Origin: an uncultured Clostridia bacterium
GTDB lineage: Bacteria; Bacillota; Clostridia; TANB77; UBA1234
Length of the DNA stretch: 64,000 bases
Assembly: GCA_934149305.1 (NCBI GenBank)
Contig: CAKPEF010000002.1
Location: forward strand, 75,689 to 139,688
Reading direction: 5' to 3'
The notes under the pieces were generated by a model that did not search any database, had not been told where the DNA came from, and was given only the letters and a program-made list of their open reading frames with translations. Positions within the stretch are counted from its first letter, which is position 1. Each line of letters opens with the position of its first letter. A program made the position numbers and the translations under genes. Positions 10,344-20,713 of the stretch are shown piece by piece.

Positions 10344-10820
10344 ATGATAATTTATGGCAAAAACTGTATTCTTCGGGCGTTTGATTTAAAAGATGTTAAA
10401 TCTTTTTATGCTATTGCACATGATGACGATGTAAAGTCTTTTGTGCCATATGCATATCCAGAAAATATGCATGAGGCATTTGAAAATGTCTATGCATACT
10501 CTTGTGGCGATATGAAAAATGATTTTTATCTTGTAATAGAAAGAGATGGCGAAATAGTTGGCGCAATAATTTCTGTGCGGACAAATGAAGATTCATTAGA
10601 TACATCAGCATTTATATCGAAAAATTATAGAGGAATGGGTATAATGACAGATGCAATGAATACATTTGTAAAATGGATAAAAGAAAACACTAATTACAAG
10701 AAGTTAGTAATGACAATTGATTTGAAAAATGTCGCATCTAATCACCAAATCAAGAAGATCGGTGGAATTTTTATGATGGAAAAAGATTCATATAATGTCT
10801 ACAATGTATTTGTTAGATAA
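10344..10820 (+). CDS. GNAT family N-acetyltransferase (RimJ/RimL-like). It contains two in-frame CGG codons (10374, 10578) that read through as Arg
   Basis: The N-terminal ILRAFDLKDVKSFYAI segment and the overall GNAT fold pattern. Confidence 0.7.
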   Translation: MIIYGKNCILRAFDLKDVKSFYAIAHDDDVKSFVPYAYPENMHEAFENVYAYSCGDMKNDFYLVIERDGEIVGAIISVRTNEDSLDTSAFISKNYRGMGIMTDAMNTFVKWIKENTNYKKLVMTIDLKNVASNHQIKKIGGIFMMEKDSYNVYNVFVR

Positions 10821-10825
10821 GAAAA

Positions 10826-10862
10826 AACAGATGGTGATTACAAATTGCCATCTGTTTTTTTT
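10826..10862 (+). terminator. rho-independent terminator
   Basis: Stem cagatgg/ccatctg followed by a T8 run. Confidence 0.7.
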
Positions 10863-10924
10863 GAAATAATTAGAGTATAATTAGATATAGAGATATAGCA
10901 AATTAACATATAGAAAAATATAAA

Positions 10925-11170
10925 ATATGCTACAAACATGTAGCTTAAGCTTAAGTGTGCTCCATAAAAAATACTGAATACAACCATTATAAAGGTAGTA
11001 TAAACTGCTTTGTAAAAAATGCAAAATAGCTACAATCATGTAGAGGAGCACAGTGTGCTCCATAAAAAATACTGAATACAACCATTATAAAGGTAGTAAA
11101 AACTGCTTTGTAAAAAAATGCAAAATAGCTACAATCATGTAGAGGAGCTTAGGTGTGCTCCATAAAACCC
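10925..11170 (+). repeat. tandem array (3 units, ~110 bp period) of the dispersed GGAGC-hairpin intergenic repeat
   Basis: The unit ...aaaatgcaaaatagctacaatcatgtagaggagc(acag/ttag)gtgtgctccataaaaaatactgaatacaaccattataaaggtagta... is repeated. Confidence 0.8.
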
Positions 11171-11237
11171 AATTGATAATAACATACCAGAACAAAGTTG
11201 AAAAAATATTACAATTAGAGAACAGGGAGGTTTAGAT

Positions 11238-11960
11238 ATGAAAATAGGGTTAATTTCAGATGTACATGGCAATATTTTAGCACTTGAAAAAGTATTTGAA
11301 AAATTCGATGAAATAGGTGTCGATGCGGTACTATGTGCAGGAGATATTATTGGATTAGGTCCATTCCCAGAAGAGGTTGTACAATTTCTGAAAAACAAGA
11401 AAAATATATATCAAGTTAGAGGAAACCATGAAGGATACTTATTAGATGGTATACCAAAAATAATTCATGGGAGACCGATGAATGATACAGAAACCAATCA
11501 TCATAGATGGCAACATAGTAGACTAAGCGAAGATTCGATAAACTTTTTAAAAACGCTTCCTAAAGTTCAAAATCTAGAATTTAATGGTAAGAAAATTTAT
11601 ATGACACATTATCCAATAAGCAAATTTGGAATATATAAAAACTTTATTAGAGAGCCAACACTAGAAGAAAGTCAAAAACTTTTAGAAGAGGTAGATGCAG
11701 ATATTTGTATTTATGGGCATACACATATTTTTAGCAAAAATATTGATGATAAAAAGATGTATATAAATCTAGGTGCAACGGGATGTCCGGCAGATAACAT
11801 TTTTGCAAATGCTGGTATAATAAATATAAGTGGTGGAAATGTGGAATATTCACCAATAAAAATAGAGTATGATGTGCAAAGTGTAATAGAAGAAATAAGA
11901 AAGCTTAAGTATCCATTCTATGAAAGTGTAATACATATTTTTTATGGCGAAAAGGAGTAA
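11238..11960 (+). CDS. calcineurin-like metallophosphoesterase
   Basis: DVHGN, GD, GNHE and GHTH motifs. Confidence 0.75.
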   Translation: MKIGLISDVHGNILALEKVFEKFDEIGVDAVLCAGDIIGLGPFPEEVVQFLKNKKNIYQVRGNHEGYLLDGIPKIIHGRPMNDTETNHHRWQHSRLSEDSINFLKTLPKVQNLEFNGKKIYMTHYPISKFGIYKNFIREPTLEESQKLLEEVDADICIYGHTHIFSKNIDDKKMYINLGATGCPADNIFANAGIINISGGNVEYSPIKIEYDVQSVIEEIRKLKYPFYESVIHIFYGEKE

Positions 11961-11964
11961 TTAA

Positions 11965-12879
11965 ATGCAAGACAGATACAATCATCTAAACAAATATTTA
12001 AAAAACAAATTTGGAGAAAGAGTCTTGAAAATATGCATAGATGGTGGTTTTACATGCCCAAATCGTGACGGAAAATGCGGTTATGGCGGATGCATTTTTT
12101 GTGGTAGCTTTGGTAGTGGTGAACATTTAAATGCAAAAGAAAGCATAAGTAATCAAGTAAAAAATCATCTTAATTCGTATAGAGGTGAAAGAGCAAATAA
12201 ATTTATAGCGTATTTTCAAAACTTTACAAATACATATGATGACATAGGGGTATTAAAGCAAAAATATGATGCTGCACTAATAGATGAAAGAGTGATAGGA
12301 CTAGAAATTGCCACAAGGCCAGATTGCATAGATGAAAAAATAGCAAAATTATTGCATGAATATAAAGAAAAATATTATGTGGTAGTAGAACTTGGACTAC
12401 AAACATCAAACGATAAAACAGGTAAATTGATAAACAGAGGATACGACAGTGTCACTTTTACAAATGCAGTGAGTATTTTAAATAAATACGATATCGATGT
12501 GATAACTCACATAATGGTAGGCTTGCCTGGCGAAAGCAAAGAAGATTTACTAAACACAGCGAATTTTATAAATAAACATGAAATTCAAGGAGTAAAAATA
12601 CATTCAACATATATTATAAAAAATACTAAATTAGAAGAAATGTTTAAAATGGGAGAATACAAACCATTAGAACTAGAAGAATATATAAATCTTGCATGTT
12701 TTGTAATCGCTAATTTAAATCCAAAGTTTATTATACATAGAATATCTGGTGATGCACCGAAAGATATGCTTGTTGCTCCAAGTTGGAACTTACATAAAAA
12801 ATGGATAATGAATGGAATAGAAAAAAAGCTAATAGAGGAAGATATTTATCAGGGAAAATATTATAATAAAAATCAATAA
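11965..12879 (+). CDS. radical SAM protein, TIGR01212 (YhcC-like) family
   Basis: CPNRDGKCGYGGCIFC cluster and family-typical length. Confidence 0.7.
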   Translation: MQDRYNHLNKYLKNKFGERVLKICIDGGFTCPNRDGKCGYGGCIFCGSFGSGEHLNAKESISNQVKNHLNSYRGERANKFIAYFQNFTNTYDDIGVLKQKYDAALIDERVIGLEIATRPDCIDEKIAKLLHEYKEKYYVVVELGLQTSNDKTGKLINRGYDSVTFTNAVSILNKYDIDVITHIMVGLPGESKEDLLNTANFINKHEIQGVKIHSTYIIKNTKLEEMFKMGEYKPLELEEYINLACFVIANLNPKFIIHRISGDAPKDMLVAPSWNLHKKWIMNGIEKKLIEEDIYQGKYYNKNQ

Positions 12880-12920
12880 GTGGAGAATAAAACAATACAC
12901 TACATAAAAGGAGGAATCTT

Positions 12921-13556
12921 ATGGACTTTGTATTTACATTTTTAGAAGGTATAGCGAGTTTTATATCGCCGTGTTTACTGCCAATGCTACCGATATATAT
13001 ATCATATTTTGCTGGTGATGATAAAAACAATTTAAAGAAAAAAGTAATAAATTCGATTGGCTTTGTACTTGGCTTCACTACAATATTTATTACACTCGCA
13101 GTATTCGCAAGTGGATTTGGTGCGCTTATAAATTCTAATATAAAATATATAAAGATTTTATTTGGAATTATGATAATTATTTTTGGGCTAAACTATATAG
13201 AGATTATAAATATAAAATTTTTAAATAAATCAAAAGGTATAAAATCCGAAACTAAAAATCTAAATTTTATAAAATCATTTATATTTGGTGTAATGTTTTC
13301 AATAAGTTGGACACCTTGTATAGGAATGTTTCTAAGTAGTGCATTATTACTAATAGCAAAACATAGTGATATGCTAAAAGGAATACTTCTAATGTTAACA
13401 TACTCATTGGGACTTGCAATACCATTTATATTATCTGTATTTTTAATAGAAGCATTAAAAAACGCCTTTAATACAATAAAAAAACATTATAAAATAGTAA
13501 AAATAATATCAGGAATTATACTAATAGCAATGGGAATATATACAATATTTTGGTAG
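12921..13556 (+). CDS. ccdA: CcdA/DsbD-family cytochrome c-type biogenesis / thiol-disulfide transfer membrane protein
   Basis: ISPCLLPMLPIYISY motif and polytopic membrane profile. Confidence 0.7.
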   Translation: MDFVFTFLEGIASFISPCLLPMLPIYISYFAGDDKNNLKKKVINSIGFVLGFTTIFITLAVFASGFGALINSNIKYIKILFGIMIIIFGLNYIEIINIKFLNKSKGIKSETKNLNFIKSFIFGVMFSISWTPCIGMFLSSALLLIAKHSDMLKGILLMLTYSLGLAIPFILSVFLIEALKNAFNTIKKHYKIVKIISGIILIAMGIYTIFW

Positions 13557-13576
13557 TAACAATAAAATATGTTGTA

Positions 13577-13612
13577 AAAAATGTAGCTTAAGCTTAGGTG
13601 TGCTCCATAAAA
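13577..13612 (+). repeat. single copy of the GGAGC-hairpin intergenic repeat
   Basis: tgtagcttaagcttaggtgtgctccataaaagc. Confidence 0.7.
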
Positions 13613-13655
13613 GCAATTGATGGCAGTACACAAAAATAAATAAAAGGAGATTTTT

Positions 13656-14117
13656 ATGAGTGAAAAAAAACAATTGATAATACTAATACTAGTGGTAGTC
13701 TCGATATTTGTGGTATCGAGCGTTGTATTAAAAACAAATGATGATATGGAAATAAAAAAAGAAATAATGGAGTCAGGAGATATAAAAGAAACCGACGGAG
13801 AAGTAAAACATATATCTTCAAATGAATTTGAAAGTGAAGTTTTAAAATCTGAAAACGTAGTTTTAGTAGATTTTTATGCCACATGGTGTGGACCGTGCAA
13901 AACAGTTGCACCAATACTAGAAGAAATAGCAAAAGAAGATAGAAAAATAAAGATAGTAAAAGTTGATGTGGATGAATCAGAAGACATATCAGCAGAGTAT
14001 AATGTAATGTACATTCCAACATTAGTAATCATAAAAGATGGTGAAGAAGTAGATAGAATAGTAGGAGCAGCAAAAAAAGCTGAAATTCAAAAAATGATTG
14101 AAATACATTGTAAATAA
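13656..14117 (+). CDS. membrane-anchored thioredoxin-family protein (extracytoplasmic, likely partner of CcdA)
   Basis: N-terminal TM helix and a WCGPC active site. Confidence 0.75.
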   Translation: MSEKKQLIILILVVVSIFVVSSVVLKTNDDMEIKKEIMESGDIKETDGEVKHISSNEFESEVLKSENVVLVDFYATWCGPCKTVAPILEEIAKEDRKIKIVKVDVDESEDISAEYNVMYIPTLVIIKDGEEVDRIVGAAKKAEIQKMIEIHCK

Positions 14118-14227
14118 TAGAAAAAGTTACTACTATGAAAAAAAGCATATTGTTCACTTATAGATTTGACTTTTGTAGAAAAAGAGATTATTATAGTACA
14201 AGAAATACAAAAATGGGAGGTCTCACA

Positions 14228-14740
14228 ATGAAGAAAGTAGATTTAAAAAAAGACATTGATATAAATGAGGTAAAAACAAAATCAAAAAGTTTTATGAAAG
14301 AATTTAAAGAATTTGCAATGAAAGGAAATGTTGTAGATTTAGCAATAGGTATGGTTATAGGCTCTGCATTTACTAGCATAGTTAATTCATTGGTAAATGA
14401 CATAATAACACCTTTAATTGGAGCAATAACTGGTGGACTTGACTTTTCAGAGTGGTTTATATCACTAGATGGAACCAAATATGCTTCACTTGCAGAAGCG
14501 AAAGATGCTGGAGCAGCAATACTTACATATGGAAACTTTATAACAGCTGTATTAAACTTTTTAATAGTAGCATTTGCAATATTTATAGTATTCAAAAAAA
14601 TATTGGTTCCACATCATAAAAAAGAAAAAGTAGCAGAAGTTACTCCTGCACCAGTTACTGAAAAAGAATGTCCTTATTGTAAATCGGTAATAAACATAAA
14701 TGCAACAAGATGCCCACATTGCACATCAGAACTAAAATAA
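14228..14740 (+). CDS. mscL: large-conductance mechanosensitive channel MscL with an unusual C-terminal CxxC...CxxC zinc-ribbon tail
   Basis: [23 protein letters not shown] core. The start is chosen at the RBS-supported ATG. The C-terminus is [18 protein letters not shown]. Confidence 0.75.
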   Translation: MKKVDLKKDIDINEVKTKSKSFMKEFKEFAMKGNVVDLAIGMVIGSAFTSIVNSLVNDIITPLIGAITGGLDFSEWFISLDGTKYASLAEAKDAGAAILTYGNFITAVLNFLIVAFAIFIVFKKILVPHHKKEKVAEVTPAPVTEKECPYCKSVININATRCPHCTSELK

Positions 14741-14767
14741 AAGATTAAAAGCAAAACTCAAAATAAA

Positions 14768-14805
14768 AAAGATTTGTGCTTATATTAAAACACAAATCTT
14801 TTTAA
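14768..14805. terminator. bidirectional terminator between mscL and the serpin gene
   Basis: Stem aagatttgtg/cacaaatctt with A-run upstream and T-run downstream. Confidence 0.65.
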
Positions 14806-14816
14806 ATCATCAAATA

Positions 14817-16007
14817 TTATTTTGTAAAGGCATATTCGCCTAAGAATAAAATCTCACCAGAAACTTCGTCTCTGATAAAATAAGTAAAAGGTCTATTAGC
14901 TTTAAACTCTTTTATTTCCTCAGGCATTGGCAATGAATTCTTTGTCATTAAAATAACTGTTGCGGCAGCAGCCTCGGTGCCATTCTCGTCTACCTCAATA
15001 AATGTTTTATGGATAACATCAGATATGTGTGCTTCTACATTATCAAACATATTAGAAAAGTCTGCAGCATTTGTAAAAGCAATATTTATTCCCATTTGTT
15101 TTAAAACATCAACAAAACTTTTTGTAAATTCTGTTCTAAACTTTGGCATACTTACAGAAACTTTTTTGTATTCCATTTTGCTGATAATATCATTTATATC
15201 AACATCTTTATCATCATCATTAAGTAAAATGTACATCGCAATATCTCTGCCAGAGTAATTCATTTTAAGCATTTGAACTCCATCATTTTCATAATATCCA
15301 AAGTGTTTTGTTTGGTTCATAAAATCAATTTCAGATTTGTTTCCGTTTCTATCTGTAAAAGTATCCTTTTTAGTATTTGCTGTGTCAAACTGATTTTCAA
15401 AAGAACCTTTAAAATAAATAGTGTTAACAAGTGCAGATAAAAAGCCTGCAGGCCTTTCTGCTGGCAAGACATTAGTTATTTTATTGTTCGTTTCTTTAGC
15501 AATGAAATCATTGATTTTACTAGCGATGATGTCGGCATTTTCTTCCATTGCAACACCTTTGTAAAAATCAGAAATTATTTTTTTGTAAGTATCTTTAAAA
15601 TTAGCACCCATTGCCTCAGTTTTGTTTAACCAAATAGAATTAGCAACATTTAAATTAACATCCTTATTAGAATTATATCTAGTAATAATATCGTTTGCTT
15701 TTTGATTGTATTCATCAATGCTAGAAACACCAAGAGCGCTTAAAATCTCTTTTTGAGTGTAACCATTTGCACCGTTTGCAGCCATCATCATGGCCATTTT
15801 AATACTAAAAGGTGAAATCATATAGTTTTGGTCTTTAGGCATATATTTCATAAAATCAAAATCACTCTCATATGAAGAAGAAATCTCATAACTCATATCA
15901 CCAGAATAAATATCACCAGAACTTGGCTTAATGACATCAGTATCACCTTTCATTGTGCAACCTCCTAACATAAATAAACTAACTAAAATACTAAGTGCTT
16001 TAATCAT
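14817..16007 (-). CDS. serpin (serine protease inhibitor) lipoprotein
   Basis: Lipobox LGGC. Serpin hinge GTEAAAAT of the reactive-centre loop and a conserved C-terminal region. Confidence 0.75.
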   Translation of the reverse strand: MIKALSILVSLFMLGGCTMKGDTDVIKPSSGDIYSGDMSYEISSSYESDFDFMKYMPKDQNYMISPFSIKMAMMMAANGANGYTQKEILSALGVSSIDEYNQKANDIITRYNSNKDVNLNVANSIWLNKTEAMGANFKDTYKKIISDFYKGVAMEENADIIASKINDFIAKETNNKITNVLPAERPAGFLSALVNTIYFKGSFENQFDTANTKKDTFTDRNGNKSEIDFMNQTKHFGYYENDGVQMLKMNYSGRDIAMYILLNDDDKDVDINDIISKMEYKKVSVSMPKFRTEFTKSFVDVLKQMGINIAFTNAADFSNMFDNVEAHISDVIHKTFIEVDENGTEAAAATVILMTKNSLPMPEEIKEFKANRPFTYFIRDEVSGEILFLGEYAFTK

Positions 16008-16239
16008 AAAAAAACCTCCTTAAAAATAGCTTATATAAATTGGACAACTAAAAAAATGTAAAGTCTCGACTTTTAATAATACAAAAACTCTAAACATACT
16101 TAAAGTATAACATAGTGTTTACAAGAAAAGAAGAATAATATAAAATTATAAATAATAAAGTCACAAGAGATATAAATTGGCTGAAAAATATATCAATGCA
16201 AAATAATGGAAAGTAATTTAAAACGCAATTAGTAATAGT

Positions 16240-16475
16240 GGCACATGAAATGTAGCGGAGCACAGCGTGCTCCATAAAAGTATGTCGGCACCAACATGAT
16301 GAAACACAGTTTAAACCAATACCACAATTAGTAATAATGGCACACAAAAAGTAGCGGAGCTTAAGTGTGCTCCATAGAAAATATGTTGGCGACAATATAA
16401 CAAAACACAAATTCCACAATTGATAATAGGACACATAAAATGTAGCGGAGCTTAGGTGTGCTCCATAAAAAAGAG
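16240..16475 (+). repeat. tandem triplet (~73-bp period) of the GGAGC-hairpin repeat, immediately upstream of 16494
   Basis: Three units ...ccacaattagtaata.tggcacaNaaaa.gtagcggagc....gtgtgctccataaaa... Confidence 0.85.
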
Positions 16476-16493
16476 AAAAGGGGGGGAAGTTTA

Positions 16494-17345
16494 ATGGAAA
16501 TAAATGATGCAGATTCAAATCAAAATAATGAATTAGGTATAAATAATATAATAATACTTAAACCATATGAGCCAACAAATTATCGAAGGATAGTAAATGT
16601 TGTTTCTGATATTGGGTACAAGACTTTTTTCATTATCGCAATTATTGCACTGATTTGTACGATTAGAAGACATGAAAAAAATAAGAAAAATGAGGAAGCC
16701 AAAAAAAGCATAACACGAGGAGTTGTTCTTACAATAATATTTTTTATAATTTCAATTTTTGTATGGCTTGTCCATGTAGCAACAGAGTGTCTTACTGAAA
16801 AACCAATAATCTATCTATATCCAGAAGAAGAAACCAATATAGAAGTAAAATTAGGCAAGAAAGAAAATATAACATGTTCGTATCCAAAGTATGAAAACGG
16901 ATGGAAGGTTGTAGCAAATCCAAACGGAGATTTAAAATACATAGAAAATGGTAAAAACTTATATGCCCTATATTATGAAGCAAAGACAGAAAAAGAAAAT
17001 AAAGTAGAAAAAGAGGGCTTTGTAGTAAAAGGCGAAGATAGTGCCAATTTCTTAGAAGAAAAACTTGAAATATTAGGACTAAATGAAAGAGAGTCTGAAG
17101 AATTTATAGTATACTGGCTACCAAAGCTAGAAGCAAATAAATATAACTACATAAGATTTTTAAACAAAGAAGAAATAGAAGAAAACATGCCACTAGAAAT
17201 AGAGCCAAAACCAGATACACAAATAAGAGTTTTAATGACATTTAAGGGACTAAATAAAGAAATAAAAGTAGAAGAACAACAATTAACAAGAGTAGAAAGA
17301 AAAGGATATACAGTAGTAGAATGGGGCGGAAGCGAAATAAAATAA
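16494..17345 (+). CDS. hypothetical membrane-anchored protein (paralog A1). The C-terminal ~190 aa are identical to the 19414 product
   Basis: Start moved to the ATG after the RBS AAAAGGGGGGG; the track extension MLHKKEK lies inside the repeat. Two N-terminal TM helices. Confidence 0.6.
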   Translation: MEINDADSNQNNELGINNIIILKPYEPTNYRRIVNVVSDIGYKTFFIIAIIALICTIRRHEKNKKNEEAKKSITRGVVLTIIFFIISIFVWLVHVATECLTEKPIIYLYPEEETNIEVKLGKKENITCSYPKYENGWKVVANPNGDLKYIENGKNLYALYYEAKTEKENKVEKEGFVVKGEDSANFLEEKLEILGLNERESEEFIVYWLPKLEANKYNYIRFLNKEEIEENMPLEIEPKPDTQIRVLMTFKGLNKEIKVEEQQLTRVERKGYTVVEWGGSEIK

Positions 17346-17367
17346 AAAATAAAATAGGGGGAAAAAC

Positions 17368-17775
17368 ATGGAACTAAAAGCAGTGAAAAATGAAACTAAA
17401 AAAGAATATTTAACTAAAAAAGAGCAATATCAAAAAATAAAAAACAAAGCTGGAAAGATAGGAATAAGTACAACATTGATGTTTTTGGCAAGCAAGACAA
17501 GTTATGCGGTGGAAGGGGACCCTATGAGACTTGATGGTGCTTTACCTTATGAGCCACCAGTATATCTTAGAATTACGGGTCTTATTAGATGGGGATTTAT
17601 ATTTGCAGGAATAATTTCGTTAATTATAACTTTAACAATAGCTATAATAAATAGAAAAAAAGAAGATGTGAAGAAGAAAATAAAAAAAGGCTTAATAATT
17701 ACTGTTGCACTTTTCGGAATGAGTATTATATTGCAGATAGTTTATACTTTATTAGAGAAAAATATGTATTATTAG
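17368..17775 (+). CDS. small membrane protein, family B (conserved leader MELKAVKNETKKEYLTKKEQYQKIKNKAGKIGI..., variable body, two TM helices)
   Basis: Three paralogs in the window share the first ~45 aa and then diverge. Confidence 0.55.
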   Translation: MELKAVKNETKKEYLTKKEQYQKIKNKAGKIGISTTLMFLASKTSYAVEGDPMRLDGALPYEPPVYLRITGLIRWGFIFAGIISLIITLTIAIINRKKEDVKKKIKKGLIITVALFGMSIILQIVYTLLEKNMYY

Positions 17776-17961
17776 AAAATCAATTACAATCCAAGATTTA
17801 GTATTCCTGCTAGACCAAACTTTAAGTTTCAGAAAATATTTAATTTAAAAAAGTTAATACATTTGATTTTTGAAAATGATATAAAAAATACCTTATAGCC
17901 CATACAAAATAAATGTATATATAGTTATAAATTAAAAAATAAAAGGGGAGTAGATGTAATA

Positions 17962-18246
17962 ATGTATGAAGGATATGGAATAATCGAACCAGTAGATGAT
18001 ATGGTAGAACATAATTGCAAAGTACAAAGTATTGAAAAAATTTTTAGCATTGTAAGTAATAGTCTTTTTATAATATTCATCATAACAATGATTTTAACGA
18101 TTATAAGAGATATTAAAAACAAAAAGAGACCAGATGGTGAAAAAAGAAATTTTATAATTGACATTATTCTTGTAGTTTCATGCATAATATGTTTTTGCAC
18201 TGCAATTTTATGTTTTTGGCTTGCAAATGTATACGAGTGTAATTGA
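17962..18246 (+). CDS. hypothetical small membrane protein
   Basis: ORF preceded by an RBS; hydrophobic. Confidence 0.35.
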   Translation: MYEGYGIIEPVDDMVEHNCKVQSIEKIFSIVSNSLFIIFIITMILTIIRDIKNKKRPDGEKRNFIIDIILVVSCIICFCTAILCFWLANVYECN

Positions 18247-18445
18247 ATGTGGATTTATATTTGCAGGAATAATTTCGTTAATTATAACTTTAACAATAGC
18301 TATAATAAATAGAAAAAAAGAAGATGTGAAAAAGAAAATCAAAAAAGGCTTAATAATTACTGTTGTACTTTGGGGAATGGCAGTTATATTAGGAATAGCA
18401 ATTAATTTACTAAAAAATAAAATAGGGGGAAAAACATGGAACTAA
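18221..18445 (+). pseudogene. truncated remnant of a family-B gene (matches the 3-prime half of 17368-17775, lacks the leader)
   Basis: Identical from ggatttatatttgcaggaataatttcg onward; upstream sequence is unrelated. Confidence 0.5.
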
Positions 18446-19071
18446 AAGCAGTGAAAAATGAAACTAAAAAAGAATATTTAACTAGAAAAGAGCACTATCA
18501 AAAAATAAAAAACAAAGCTGGAAAAATAGGAATAGGCACAATATTGATGTTTATGGCAAGTAACATAAGTTATGCATTGCCAGGAGATGGTATAGATATT
18601 GCAGGTATTGCACCTATTTATACGACACCTGTATGGGTTAAGATTGTTGGTCTTGCTCAATGGATATTGATGTTTGTAGGAATAATTTTTTTGGTTGTAA
18701 ACTCTATAAAATTCATAGTAAACAGAGAGAAAGAAGACGCTGATAAAAAATTAAATCGTAATTTAATAGTAACAATATTATTATTTTCAATAGCATATTT
18801 TTTAAAAATAGTTGAGATGTGTTGTACAAATGGTAAAATGTACGGACCTAATTGCATTGAGTATGGACAGATGCATATTCATTATAGTCCTATTTATATT
18901 CTTTTGCAAAATATCATCGACATGCTTATACTCATAGCTTCTAGCGCTTTTGTAACAATGGTTTTAAAAAGTATAGTAAGAAAAAAAGCATATATAGTCG
19001 ATGCAGTAGAAATAATAATATTGTTTGTGTTAGCGGCTATTATTGGATGGGTAGTCCCATTTATACAATAG
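18436..19071 (+). CDS. family-B small membrane protein with an extended C-terminal region (paralog B2)
   Basis: Shares the MELKAVKNETKKEYLTRKEHYQKIKNKAGKIGIG leader. Confidence 0.55.
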   Translation: MELKAVKNETKKEYLTRKEHYQKIKNKAGKIGIGTILMFMASNISYALPGDGIDIAGIAPIYTTPVWVKIVGLAQWILMFVGIIFLVVNSIKFIVNREKEDADKKLNRNLIVTILLFSIAYFLKIVEMCCTNGKMYGPNCIEYGQMHIHYSPIYILLQNIIDMLILIASSAFVTMVLKSIVRKKAYIVDAVEIIILFVLAAIIGWVVPFIQ

Positions 19072-19169
19072 TATAAATACAGTTTAAGTTTGTTTAGGAA
19101 AGAATAACATTAACATATAAGCATATCGAAATGACTGTAAAAACACCACAATTGGTAATAGGGCACATA

Positions 19170-19395
19170 AAAATGTAGCGGAGCACAGCGTGCTCCATAA
19201 AAGTATGTCGGCACCAACATGATGAAACACAGTTTAAACCAACACCACAATTAGTAATAGTGGCACACAAAAAGTAGCGGAGCTTAAGTGTGCTCCATAG
19301 AAAATATGTTGGCGACAATATAACAAAACACAAATTCCACAATTGATAATAGGACACATAAAATATAGCGGAGCTTAGGTGTGCTCCATAAAAAA
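19170..19395 (+). repeat. tandem triplet of the GGAGC-hairpin repeat upstream of 19414
   Basis: Nearly identical to the 16240-16475 array. Confidence 0.85.
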
Positions 19396-19413
19396 GAAAA
19401 AGGGGGAATCTTA

Positions 19414-20277
19414 ATGGAAATAAATGAGGCAGATTTAAATCAAAAAAATGAATTAGATATAAATAATATAACGATAGCTGAAATACCTAAAGCAACCAAT
19501 TATCGAAGGATAATAAATATTGTTTCTAATATTGGATGCAATATTTTTTTCATTATTGCAATTATTGCACTGATTCTCACAATTAAGAGACATATAAAAA
19601 ATAAAAAAAATGAAGAAAAAAAGAGCATAGTACTTGGAATTGTTTTAACAGTAATATTTTTTTGTGTTTCACTAGTAGCGTGGGTGGTATATTTAGAAAC
19701 CAATTGGATAAATTATTCGCAAGCGGTTAAAAAACCAATAATCTACCTGTATCCAGAAGAAGAAACCAATATAGAAGTAAAGTTAGGCAAGAAAGAAAAT
19801 ATAACATGCTCGTATCCAAAGTATGAAAACGGATGGAAGGTTGTAGCAAATCCAAACGGAGATTTAAAATACATAGAAAATGGTAAAAACTTATATGCCC
19901 TATATTATGAAGCAAAGACAGAAAAAGAAAATAAAGTAGAAAAAGAGGGCTTTGTAGTAAAAGGCGAAGATAGTGCCAATTTCTTAGAAGAAAAACTTGA
20001 AATATTAGGACTAAATGAAAGAGAGTCTGAAGAATTTATAGTATACTGGCTACCAAAGCTAGAAGCAAATAAATATAACTACATAAGATTTTTAAACAAA
20101 GAAGAAATAGAAGAAAACATGCCACTAGAAATAGAGCCAAAACCAGATACACAAATAAGAGTTTTAATGACATTTAAGGGACTAAATAAAGAAATAAAAG
20201 TAGAAGAACAACAATTAACAAGAGTAGAAAGAAAAGGATATACAGTAGTAGAATGGGGCGGAAGCGAAATAAAATAA
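19414..20277 (+). CDS. hypothetical membrane-anchored protein (paralog A2)
   Basis: C-terminal domain identical to A1; N-terminal TM region diverged. Confidence 0.6.
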   Translation: MEINEADLNQKNELDINNITIAEIPKATNYRRIINIVSNIGCNIFFIIAIIALILTIKRHIKNKKNEEKKSIVLGIVLTVIFFCVSLVAWVVYLETNWINYSQAVKKPIIYLYPEEETNIEVKLGKKENITCSYPKYENGWKVVANPNGDLKYIENGKNLYALYYEAKTEKENKVEKEGFVVKGEDSANFLEEKLEILGLNERESEEFIVYWLPKLEANKYNYIRFLNKEEIEENMPLEIEPKPDTQIRVLMTFKGLNKEIKVEEQQLTRVERKGYTVVEWGGSEIK

Positions 20278-20299
20278 AAAATAAAATAGGGGGAAAAAC

Positions 20300-20710
20300 A
20301 TGGAACTAAAAGCAGTGAAAAATGAAACTAAAAAAGAATATTTAACTAAAAAAGAGCAATATCAAAAAATAAAAAACAAAGCCGGAAAAATAGGAATAGG
20401 CACAATGTTGATGTTCTTGGCAAGTGGGACAAGTTATGCATTGCCAGTAGATGTTACAAATATTACGCCGCTCGCAGGTGCTATGCCTATTGGTATGCCA
20501 CCTGCATGGTTTAGAGTTACCCATTGGTTATTAAGATTGGCAGGAATAATTTCTTTGATTATAACATTAATAGAAGTTATAGCGAGTTACATGCAAGAAG
20601 ATGCAAAAAAGAAAATCAAGAAAGATATAATAATCACAGTTGTCATCTTTGTGGTGGTTGTCATATTTGACATAGTATGTGCTTTATTAAAAAATCAAAT
20701 GTGGTGGTAA
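20300..20710 (+). CDS. family-B small membrane protein (paralog B3)
   Basis: Conserved leader followed by a variable body. Confidence 0.55.
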   Translation: MELKAVKNETKKEYLTKKEQYQKIKNKAGKIGIGTMLMFLASGTSYALPVDVTNITPLAGAMPIGMPPAWFRVTHWLLRLAGIISLIITLIEVIASYMQEDAKKKIKKDIIITVVIFVVVVIFDIVCALLKNQMWW

Positions 20711-20713
20711 ATT

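Noticed and set aside
16458-16493. Track start MLHKKEKRGG for 16458 and 19381
   Set aside because: That segment lies inside the intergenic repeat. The ATG at 16494 and 19414 is preceded by a G-rich RBS.
10925-19395. The tandem repeat arrays as CRISPR arrays
   Set aside because: Repeats are imperfect, units are 73-110 bp with no unique spacers of regular length, no cas genes are present, and copies are dispersed singly elsewhere.
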